DNA from: Macrostomum lignano
Lineage: Eukaryota
Length of the DNA: 64,000 bases
Direction of reading: 5' to 3'
NCBI GenBank assembly: GCA_002269645.1
Contig: NIVC01000958.1
Location: 1-64,000 of the forward strand
Below, piece after piece: positions 11,874-22,500 of the stretch. Position 1 is the stretch's first letter. The number at the start of each line of letters is the position of its first letter. The notes under the pieces are model-generated. The model saw only the letters and a program-made list of their open reading frames with translations. It was not told the origin of the DNA and made no database searches. A program made the translations under genes and the position numbers.

Positions 11874-13130
11874 GCAATTAATTCCCCACAGCCTTGTTAT
11901 CTGAGCAATTCCCCACAGCCTTGTTATCTGAGCAATTCCCCACAGCCTTGTTATCTGAGCAATTCCACACAGCCTTGGCATCTGAGCAATTCCCCACAGC
12001 CTTGGCATCTGAGCAATTCCCCTACAGCCTTGTTATCTGAGCAATTCCCCTACAGCCTTGGCATCTGAGCAATTCCCCACAGCCTTGGCATCTGAGCAAT
12101 TCCCCACAGCCTTGGCATCTGAGCAATTCCCCCACAGCCTTGTTATCTGAGCAATTCCCCACAGCCTTGTTATCTGAGCAATTCCCCCACAGCCTTGGCA
12201 TCTGAGCAATTCCCCACAGCCTTGTTATCTGAGCAATGCCCCCCACAGCCTTGTTATCTGAGCAATTCCCCTACAGCCTTGGCATCTGAGCAATTCCCCA
12301 CAGCCTTGTTATCTGAGCAATTCCCCACAGCCTTGTTATCTGAGCAATGCCCCCACAGCCTTGTTATCTGAGCAATTCCCCTACAGCCTTGGCATCTGAG
12401 CAATTCCCCTACAGCCTTGGCATCTGAGCAATTCCCCACAGCCTTGTTATCTGAGCAATGCCCCCCACAGCCTTGTTATCTGAGCAATTCCCCACAGCCT
12501 TGTTATCTGAGCAATTCCCCTACAGCCTTGGCATCTGAGCAATTCCCCACAGCCTTGTTATCTGAGCAATGCCCCCCACAGCCTTGTTATCTGAGCAATT
12601 CCCCTACAGCCTTGGCATCTGAGCAATTCCCCACAGCCTTGTTATCTGAGCAATGCCCCCCACAGCCTTGTTATCTGAGCAATTCCCCTACAGCCTTGGC
12701 ATCTGAGCAATTCCCCTACAGCCTTGGCATCTGAGCAATTCCCCACAGCCTTGTTATCTGAGCAATGCCCCCACAGCCTTGTTATCTGAGCAATTCCCCC
12801 CACAGCCTTGTTATCTGAGCAATTCCCCCCACAGCCTTGTTATCTGAGCAATTCCCCACAGCCTTGTTATCTGAGCAATGCCCCCCACAGCCTTGTTATC
12901 TGAGCAATTCCCCACAGCCTTGTTATCTGAGCAATTCCCTACAGCCTTGTTATCTGAGCAATTCCCCTACAGCCTTGGCATCTGAGCAATTCCCCTACAG
13001 CCTTGGCATCTGAGCAATTCCCCTACAGCCTTGGCATCTGAGCAATTCCCCTACAGTCTTGTTATCTAGCAATTCCCCTACAGCCTTGTTATCTGAGCAA
13101 TTCCTCTACAGTCCTGGCATCTGAGCAATG
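11874..13130. repeat. 27-28-bp minisatellite
   Basis: (agcaattccccacagccttg[tt/gc]atctg)n, ~45 units. Confidence 0.95.
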
Positions 13131-13312
13131 TAACTGAGCATTCTCATTTGAGCAAATAGCTCTTAAAATAGCCTTTAGCAATTTGTGGCAACACAGCGCG
13201 TTTCATACCTTGTAGCAAAAATAGAACTCAGAAATTTCGCAGCATTGTGCAACTTACACTGGGACTGTGGAAAAGAGTACAGTGCAGAAATTATTGTACA
13301 TTCTACTGTGGC

Positions 13313-13320
13313 TATAAAAG
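13313..13320 (+). promoter_or_regulatory. TATA box of the NADAR gene
   Basis: TATAAAAG ~95 nt upstream of ATG 13409, with Inr-like tcatt/tcata 15-25 nt downstream. Confidence 0.45.
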
Positions 13321-13408
13321 CACTCTCATTGCTTTCATACACTCGCTGCTTTGGTCAGCTAACAAGGTATCTGAAACTTGCTAAACTCTCCAGCCACCGT
13401 GTTAAGCA

Positions 13409-13897
13409 ATGGCTACAGGAAGATTCACGTTCTTCTTCACCAAGGAGTCGCCATTTAGTCAGTTTTATCCTTGCCAGTTCAAAGTTGACGGCTGCACATT
13501 TAGCTGCGCAGAGCAGTACATGATGTACCGCAAAGCGAAGCTGTTCAACGATCACGCGACAGCCGAGGCTATCTTAGCTGCGACTAAGCCGGCAAAAATG
13601 AAAGCCCTCGGCAGGCAAGTCGACGGCTTCAATGACGACGTGTGGAAAGAGCACAGATGGGAGATTGTCCATTCGGGTAACATGGCCAAGTTCGGCCAGA
13701 ACCCGGAGCTATTGCGGACACTGTTGGACACGGAGGGCACCACGCTGGTGGAGGCGGCCCCTAACGACTGTATCTGGGGCATTGGCCTAGCCGAGTCAAA
13801 TCCTGACGCCAGGGATCAGTCAAAGTGGCGCGGTTTGAATCTGCTTGGCCAGATTCTTACTCGGGTGCGCGAGGATCTGAAACCGACTGTTGCTTAA
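13409..13897 (+). CDS. NADAR (YbiA/COG3236) family N-glycosidase, single coding exon, 162 aa
   Basis: Full family motif set: FSQFYPCQFKVDGCTFSCAEQYMMYRKA, KALGRQV, W....W, N.AKF.QNPEL...LL.T....LVEAAPND.IWGIG, W.GLNLLG.IL..VR. Confidence 0.95.
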   Translation: MATGRFTFFFTKESPFSQFYPCQFKVDGCTFSCAEQYMMYRKAKLFNDHATAEAILAATKPAKMKALGRQVDGFNDDVWKEHRWEIVHSGNMAKFGQNPELLRTLLDTEGTTLVEAAPNDCIWGIGLAESNPDARDQSKWRGLNLLGQILTRVREDLKPTVA

Positions 13898-14019
13898 ATC
13901 ACTCTGGGATACTTCATGACTCTGTGGCTGTATCACTTATCGTAACCACAGTTCCAAGGTTAGTCCTAGATCTGAGATGCTCACTTTAGTATAACAAATG
14001 GGATTTTCTAGAACCAGTT

Positions 14020-14205
14020 AAGTCTAATAATGAGATCTAATGAGATTATCAGGTTCTCAGTACAGTCTAAGGGTGAGATCTAATGAGATTCTCAGTTGAG
14101 TCTAAGGATGAAATCTATTGAGATTTTCAGTTCAGTCTAATGATAAGATCTAATGAGATTCTCAGCTTCTCAGTTCAGTCTAAGGATGAGATCTAGTGAT
14201 ACTCT
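14020..14205. repeat. Degenerate ~36-40-bp tandem repeat in the NADAR 3' region
   Basis: Recurrent gagatctaatgagatt...cagtctaag(g/t). Confidence 0.6.
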
Positions 14206-14680
14206 AGATGTGTCGATATTTAAGCATTATTATTTTGTTAAATTTTATTTTACTCGTAAAACCTTTCCTACTCTAGAATTTTGTTTATTTGCGTTAACTT
14301 TGTTTAAACACAACAGCAACACAGCTACTTTATAAAGTGAAATAAAACATTTATACTTATTTTAACTCTTGGATTGTATATCTATCTTGCAAATTTACAT
14401 TCACATTTGCTGTGATGATGACATTCCTAGCTAATAAACAATTTATCTAATCAGTTGTACAAGTTCTAAAACAGACTTCTTATTGCAATCGCATCTTAGT
14501 GTTTGCTTTTTATATTTAGTAATGCTGCAGTCAGTGTCGTTTGATAACTATTGACAGTATCCTGTTGTAAATGAAATTCTTTTTTATTTCAGCACAGTGT
14601 GTCAGTCTGACAGCTATCTGTACTTAACAGACTGTCAGGTTTTCAAAAAAATCTTTGTGCATCACATCAGTTAGGCAGTC

Positions 14681-17600
14681 ATGGGCAGCACAGTGGCTGA
14701 CACGATGCTGGCTCTGTCCAAGCACACATTCACTACAGATATTGTGACTGCCGTGCTGCCGGTGAAGAAGGTTGAGCAGAAGAAAACTATGCGACCTTCG
14801 TTGTTCTTTGTGCTTACCAGTGAGTGCCGCGATGCATTTAGTTAGCCTAGCAGCCTCCCAGATCCTCAGCTACTGGGCCAGCCTCCCAGATCCTCAGTTG
14901 CTGAGCCAACCTCCCAGCAGATCCTCAGTTGCTGGGCCAGCCTCCCAGAGTGTCAGTTGCTAGGCCAGCCTCCCAGAGTGTCAGTTGCTGGGCCAGCCTT
15001 CTAGAGTGTCAGTTGCTAGGCCTGCCTCCCAGATCCTCAGTTGCTGGGCCAGCCTCCCAGATCCTCAGTTACTGGGCCAGCCTCCCAGATCCTCAGTTAC
15101 TGGGCCAGCCTCCCAGATCCTCAGTTACTGGGCCAGCCTCCCAGATCCTCAGTTACTGGGCCAGCCTCCCAGATCCTCAGTTGCTGGGCCAGCCTCCCAG
15201 ATCCTCAGTTACTGGGCCAGCCTCCCAGATCCTCAGTTACTGGGCCAGCCTCCCAGATCCTCAGTTACTGGGCCAGCCTCCCAGATCATCAGTTGCTAAG
15301 CCAACCTCCCAGCAGACCCTCAGTTGCTGGCCCAGCCTCCCAGATCCTCAGTTGCTGGGTCACCAGCCTCTCTGATCTTCTGTTGCTAGGCCAGCCTCCC
15401 AGAGTGTCAGTTGCTGGACCAGTCTCTCAGAACTCAGCATAGTCTCACATGCCCCGGACTCACGCAGAGAGCCGCTCGCGCACCGGAGACGTGACCCTTC
15501 ACCTGGTGAAGAAGGGCGACAAAGCGGACAGCTACAAGCGCAAAAAAACTTGGGCCCTCACCGACATTCGCCACGTTGACGGCTGCTCGGCCGGCGACCT
15601 TGACCTTGAATTGACCTTCGCCGACGGCGCAAAGAAGCGCTGGACGTGTTTCAGCCATCGGGACAAGCAGGAGTACGCTGAGCGGATGCAGTCCACAGTC
15701 AGGCAGGTGCGCGGTTGCGCAATCAAATTCGCTAACTTCCCTTCGAATCTGGGCGGCGCAGCAAAGTCAGCCGGCGTTGGCGGTAGCGTCGGTAGTAGCG
15801 GCGTCGCTTCGTCTGGTGTCCAGCAGCGACGTCGGGAGCTTCAACGAGAACGCGGCGACTCATTCGCTGCTAAGGTTAGTTCGCTAGTGATGTTACTATC
15901 GACTTTTTTAGTAAGTAGTTTAGTAAGTAGTATGGTGCGAATAAGGCTCGTATTTTTTCTCTACAAAGTCCATAGCAGCTAGCTATTTTTATTTAAAATT
16001 TTTCTAATGTGCAATTTAATAGCGTATAAAATTATTTTCACTACATATCGGCAACAGGATTTCTCACGAGTAATAACGATTAATAACGATAGTTAATTCT
16101 GGTTTTTTTATTTTCTGCATGAATATTCTTTTTATTTTATCCTTATGCTTCTTATAGTAAGTGGTTAGTTTGGGAAATTTGTATTGAATGCAATTAATCT
16201 TTAACAGGTTTTGCTGACTGCTGCTGCAAAGCCGAATCAGCCTTCACATTTTGGAGTCAATTCTCAGGCAGGATTTATTATTAGACCTGTTTATTATTAT
16301 TACAGAAACATAATTTCTCATATTTCTAAGATTGCATATAAGACTGCACTGTATTTTTCAGGATGCATGAATCTATTTTTGAATTGTTCATTGCTAATCT
16401 ACTCGTACAAACCAGTTGAAAACGTTACTATGACAGGAATCTTTAAAGAGTCATTGCAAACAATCTTGTGACTTTTTCACGACTCAAACGCGTCTAATGT
16501 GACGGAGATGCGACTGTTGCGTCACGTGAGTTGTAGAGTCGTAAGAGTCGCGAAAGAGTCGTCTAAGAGTCGTGTTGGTGCTTAACGTTTGCTAGAGATG
16601 TGACAAAGTTCATCACGCGACGCAAGTGCGCTTCAAACACAACTCAGCGAGTCTAAGGCGATTCTAGCACGCCTCAAATAAGACTTTACAGCCCCATAGT
16701 CGTTATATCATTGCCCCAGAGTCGTTTCAGAGCCGCAGGTAATAAAACGCTTCAGTGATTCTTGAGTGACTCTTTGACGACTCTTTGGCGACTTGTACCG
16801 TGACATCTCGTCATTTTAGAGTCGTTTAGAGTCACTTCTTTCCAGTTTTACCTGTGTAATCTGCAACGACTCCGGGGCGATGCAATCGTGACTCTGAGAC
16901 GTTTCTTGGCCTTTAGTACCGTTTTCATCGGGAAATTTAGTTTGTAAACTGTTGTTTTAGATTTCCGTGCCGTGTCTGTACTTTTCATGTAGTTGTTTCT
17001 GCATGAAGCACTAATTCAGTCTAGATCTAAATCTACATCAGAGGAGTTGCTGGATGCCAATGCTTAAGCGGGTTGGCGAGCTGCCAAGGCTCAAAGAGGA
17101 GGCCGATATCTTAGTTGCGAATTCTGGAGACAATTATTTTTTTTTTATAATTGCCCTGACAATATGCAACAGGCCGACGACGGCACCGGCAAATCCTCGG
17201 ACGCTGGCGGCGCTTTCGACATGCTGAGCGACGCGGAATCGCGCGATCTGCAGGCCTTCCTGGACAGCAACAAAGAATCCGTGCACAATGCCGAGAATTT
17301 TGTTCGGCGACTCAACGAACAGTTAAGATCGTTGGAGCTGTCTAATATTCACGCTTTGATATCGTCTGGAGCTCAGGTTGGTTGGCTCAGTGGAATGCTA
17401 TAGTTATTTTTATAAGTAGCAGTGTACTACGATCTGTGTGATTGTCTGTTTGGTGCACTCGACCCGGAGGGTTCTCTGTGACTGGGGCGGCCTGGCTTGC
17501 GTCGTCAGCTGAGCGACCATTGCGCTAGGTGAACCTACCCGTGCAGGAAGCTGGTATATAGACCACCTGGAAGGCATCATGAGCAAAGCCCCAGAGCAGA

Positions 17601-18984
17601 AGTTGCTATCCTGCCCGTTGAAAACGTTACCGGGACAAGAATTGCCTAAAAGTTGTTGCAAACAACTCTCTAGTGACTCTAAGCGACCCTGGGGCAACTC
17701 TTTTGACTTTTTAGCGACCTGAAACGCGTCTAATGCGACGGAGAGGCGACTGTTGCATCACAAGTGCGTCACGCGAGTTGTTGAATCGTAAGAGTCGCAA
17801 AAGAGTTGTCCAAGAGTCGTTTTCTTGGCGCTTAACTTTCCCTAGAGACGTGAATCTACAGCGACTCTAGCGCGTCTCAGATACGACTCTATACGGCCCC
17901 AGAGTCACTTGCGTCGCCCCTGGGTTGTTTCAGAGTCGCAGACAACAACGCGCTTCAAAGTGACTCTTAGGTGACTCTTTTACGACTTTTTGGCGACATG
18001 TACCGTGAAATCCCGTTGTTTTAGAGTCGTCTAGAGTCGCTTCTTTCTTGTGTTACCTGCAAAGACTCTGGAACGCTTCTGGGCCTGGTTACCGTTTTCG
18101 TCGGGCTGACAGTATGACCCACCGGGATCCGAGGTCAGCGACAGGCTTTCACCTCATTGGTGGTCTGTGAGCAGACTGCGGGTCCACAAGCTGGTTGGCG
18201 GTGCCAAGTCTTGCAACTAACGACAGAGCTTCGCAGTTAGGACAATGATCGGCCATGAAAGCATCCAACCCCCGTTGTAGTTAGCCCTACATGAGGCTCC
18301 ACATAGGGACCCGAAAATTCCGGTTGCCCAAGCCTATGCTCTTGCTGGGAACTCCGTTTAACAACAACAAGTAGTAATCTGTACATTCAGAGCCAGCTAC
18401 ACGTCCGTCCGGCTTGCGATACTCGTCCATGAATTACCACCAACCCCACGCCCCGTCCCTCAGGTAACGCAGCTCACCGATCATGTCCAATCGGCTCGCG
18501 GGGTTGTTGAACAACTGGAGCACCGAGTCCAGGGCTACACTGGCCGCCTGCAGTCTGTGGCGCCGGCCATCGAGTGCCTGGCCGACCGGGACAAGCTGGC
18601 CAAGCTGTCCGCGGCCAATCAGCTACGCGCTGCCGAGGCTCTCGAACGCCTGCTAGCCGCGATTCGTTTCGACGAATCCGACAGACGACTGTTGCGAGAG
18701 CCGAACTTTAAAGATAGAGCCTGCGTGCCCGCCCTGCTGAAGGCGGCTCGCCAATGCGACTCGGTGCTGGCAGCCGATGTGCCGCCGGAGCTGCGCAAGA
18801 TGGCCGCCGTCAAGGACTCCACGGAGGGCTTGATTGAATTGAAGAGATCGTTTGCGTCTGCGCTGGTCCGGCATTTGAATGACATCTTTATTAACTATGT
18901 GAGTTGATGGTCACTTTCCTCTAGTGAGTGAGTTAGTTAGTTAGTTAGTTAGGTAGTTAGTTAGTTAGGTAGTTAGTTAGTTAA

Positions 18985-19029
<45 letters not shown>

Positions 19030-19057
19030 GAGTGAGTCAGTTTGTTAGTTAGTTAGG

Positions 19058-19101
<44 letters not shown>

Positions 19102-19129
19102 GAGTGAGTCAGTTTGTTAGTTAGTTAGG

Positions 19130-19160
<31 letters not shown>

Positions 19161-19161
19161 G

Positions 19162-19192
<31 letters not shown>

Positions 19193-19349
19193 GTAGGTAG
19201 TTAGTTAGTTAGTTAGTGAGTGAGTCAGTTTGTTAGTTAGTTAGGTAGTTAGTTAGTTAGTTAGTTAGTTAGGTAGTTAGTTAGTTAGTTAGTTAGTGAG
19301 TGAGTCAGTTTGTTAGTTAGTTAGGTAGTTAGTTAGTTAGTTAGTTAGG

Positions 19350-19380
<31 letters not shown>

Positions 19381-19385
19381 GTAGG

Positions 19386-19416
<31 letters not shown>

Positions 19417-19469
19417 GTAGTTAGTTAGTTAGTTAGTTAGTGAGTGAGTCAGTTTGTTAGTTAGTTAGG

Positions 19470-19519
<50 letters not shown>

Positions 19520-22500
19520 TAGTTAGTTAGTTGGTTAGTTAGTTAGTTAGTTAGTCAGTAAGTTAGTTAGTTAGTTAGTTAGTTAGGTAGTTAGTTATGA
19601 AGAGTTTAAGAGTGGTGATCAGTCGCTCGAAAACTCCCATTTCTAGACACTGGGGAACAAGCGCCTAGGTATGTGCAAAATCAAGTAACTCTTACTGGGG
19701 CGGATCCTCTTGTTGGTTGCAGACGTTTGAGTCTTACTTATAGGTTGTAGGGCTAGCTGGCTTTGTTGAGCGGTAGCGGTAGTGAATGGTTGTCTCCTGG
19801 AGTCCTTAACTTTATCTGTGGGTCGACCAAGAACGAGAGCGGATCAGAAGTCTTGGCGATCCTCGAGCTCGGAATCAACAATAGAACGTGCACCCTAATA
19901 AACAATTGAATTCTTTGAGTTCTGTAATAGGTCCTCCTGAAGGGCGTCTTCTTCGTTACGTCCGAGACGTAACGGATAACTCAAATTAGTCAATAAATCC
20001 TCTAGGAGTATAACCTAGGAAACAAGGACGTCTTTCTCAGAAGTGTCGACGATAAATGGCTCTCGTGAACTCAATTAATCAACTTATCAACGCTAGCAAC
20101 AAAGAACTGAATCGGGTAAACGCTTACCAATCTGTCCGGATTTCGCCCCCTCAGAGATGGGTCTTCTTTTCTTTGTCAAAGCCTTCTTTGAGACCGATCC
20201 GAGTCTGATTTTTTAACTCGGATTTTCACTTATATGTATTGCAAAATTTTGGGGAAAACCCGATTTGAGATCGGATATTTACTTAGGTCATTTATGTTTG
20301 AGCATTACCATATATGGGGTTAAGCAAATACAGCTGTTGAAAACCGGTTCCTTGATCAAACAGACGTTGGTGCTACGCACAGATACTAGAATGACTAGAT
20401 GGGCCACTCAGCACATTTCTGAGCTACTCAGCACATGTCAGCTACTTTTAGTTCAGTAGTAAGTTAAATAGAAGCATTTTATTGTATTTTTAAAGCGAGG
20501 CTCATTTATTAGCTCTTGCCCCCCAACTTCTACTAAACCCTCCAATCGCGCCTTTCCACTACCCCCCGCCCCGCCCCAATTTTATTGCCTTTCTCGGAAT
20601 TCCAGCCTAAAGCTGCCATGTACATTTCAGTTGACTGACTAATGTACATTATTGCTGAACCAATTAGCGAGTTGTTTGCGCCTGCAAGCTTGGGCTTCTA
20701 AACTTATCAAAGTCGTTTTAGCTGCCTTTATTTTTTTAAAATAGCTCATGTACTTCTTCGCTACGGAACTGAAAGTAGAAAGCTGTTTTACTAAGAGTAT
20801 ATGCCTGAGTGGGCGATCTAGTCATTTTAGTATCTGTGGTCCTACGAAGGGTTCTGAATCACTCTATTTGCGTAGCCATGACTCCTAAAAGTAAATATTA
20901 TTAAAATAAACATGACTCATTCTAAAAAATAGATGGACTTTTAGTCAATAATCCAACCTGTGTGTCCGAAAGTCGGTCCAATAAATCGCCAACCCTTTCT
21001 CCCCTTTCCGAATCCCCATAGGCCAATCGGCGCACCACTGCCCGCTCCAAGTCTCTGGCCTTCTCAGGTCACGACGAGAACAAACGCGAGCTGCTCCAGT
21101 TCAGCCAGCTGATGGCCTGGCTGAAGCTCAACAACAGGGAGATGTTCGACGAGCTAAAGGGGGTGAGGCTGGCTGTGGATTTTGCTTTTTTCTGTCACTT
21201 TTTTATGGTTCTTGTCCTTCAGAATGTGTCTTTGGCCGCCTCGTCTTTTCCTTCAGGTCCCTCAGATTCTTCCTGTTTTTGTGGCCTCTGTTAGTTCCGT
21301 CATTGGGACTCATTGAGGCTGTCTACTTTCTTGTCCATCCGGTCCTTTCTTGTCCATCCGGTCCTTTCTTGTCCATCCGGTCCTTTCTTGTGCATCCGGT
21401 CCTTTCTTGTCCATCCGGTCCTTTCTTGTCCATCCGGTCCTTTCTTGTGCATCCGGTCCTTTCTTGTCCATCCGGTCCTTTCTTGTCCATCCGGTCCTTT
21501 CTTGTCCATCCGGTCCTTTCTTGTCCATCCGGTCCTTTCTTGTGCATCCGGTCCTTTCTTGTCCATCCGGTCCTTTCTTGTGCATCCGGTCCTTTCTTGT
21601 CCATCCGGTCCTTTCTTGTGCATCCGGTCCTTTCTTGTCCATCCGGTAATTTCTTGTCCATCCGGTAATTTCTTGTCCATCCGGTCCTTTCTTGTCCATC
21701 CGGTAATTTCTTGTCCATCCGGTAATTTCTTGTCCGTCCGGTCCTTTATTGTCCATCAAACGTCTTTTCTTGTCCGTTAGAAGTGTTTTTCTTGTTTATC
21801 AGAAGCCTTTTTCTTGTCCATTAGAGGTCCTTGTCCATCAGAGGTCCTTTCTTGTCCATCAGAGATCCTTGTCCATCAGAGGTCCTTTCTTGTCCATCAG
21901 AGATCCTTGTCCATCAGAGGTCCTTTCTTGTCCATCAGAGGTCCTTGTCTATCAGAGGTCCTTTCTTTTCCATCAGAGGTCCTTTCTTGTCCATCAGAGA
22001 TCCTTGTCCATCAGAGGTCCTTTCTTGTCCATCAGAGATCCTTGTCCATCAAAGGTCCTTTCTTGTCCATCATAGATCCTTTCTTGTCCATCAGAGGTCC
22101 TTTCTTGTCCATCAGAGATCCTTGTCCATCAGAGGTCCTTGTCCATCAGGGGTCCTTTATTGTCCATCAGAGGTCCTTTCTTGTCCATCAGAGATCCTTG
22201 TCCATCAGAGGTCCTTTCTTGTCCATCAGAGATCCTTGTCCATCAGAGGTCCTTTCTTGTCCATCAGAGATCCTTGTCCATCAGAGGTCCTTTCTTGTCC
22301 ATCAAGGGTCCTTTCTTGTCCATCAGAGGTCCTTGTCCATCAGAGGTCCTTTTTTGTCCATCAGAGGTCTTTTCTTGTCCATCAGAGGTCCTTTCTTGTC
22401 CATCAAAGATCCTTGTCCATCAGAGGTCCTTTCTTGTCCATCAGAGGTCCTTTCTTGTCCATCAGAGGTCCTTTCTTGTCCAACGGAGGTCCTTTCTTTT

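Noticed and set aside
11874-13130. CRISPR-like regular repeats (and all other arrays)
   Set aside because: Units are contiguous with no unique spacers, there are no cas genes, and the context is eukaryotic.
13367-13393. 27-nt intron in the NADAR 5' UTR (gtatct...ctccag)
   Set aside because: Probably too short to splice, and no supporting evidence.
13409-13897. Bacterial contamination as source of the NADAR gene
   Set aside because: It is embedded between host-type minisatellites and a spliced EXOC1 gene, with TATA and AATAAA signals and no Shine-Dalgarno or operon context.
18925-19595. Telomeric repeat
   Set aside because: The unit is TTAG, not TTAGGG or TTAGG, and it lies inside an intron.
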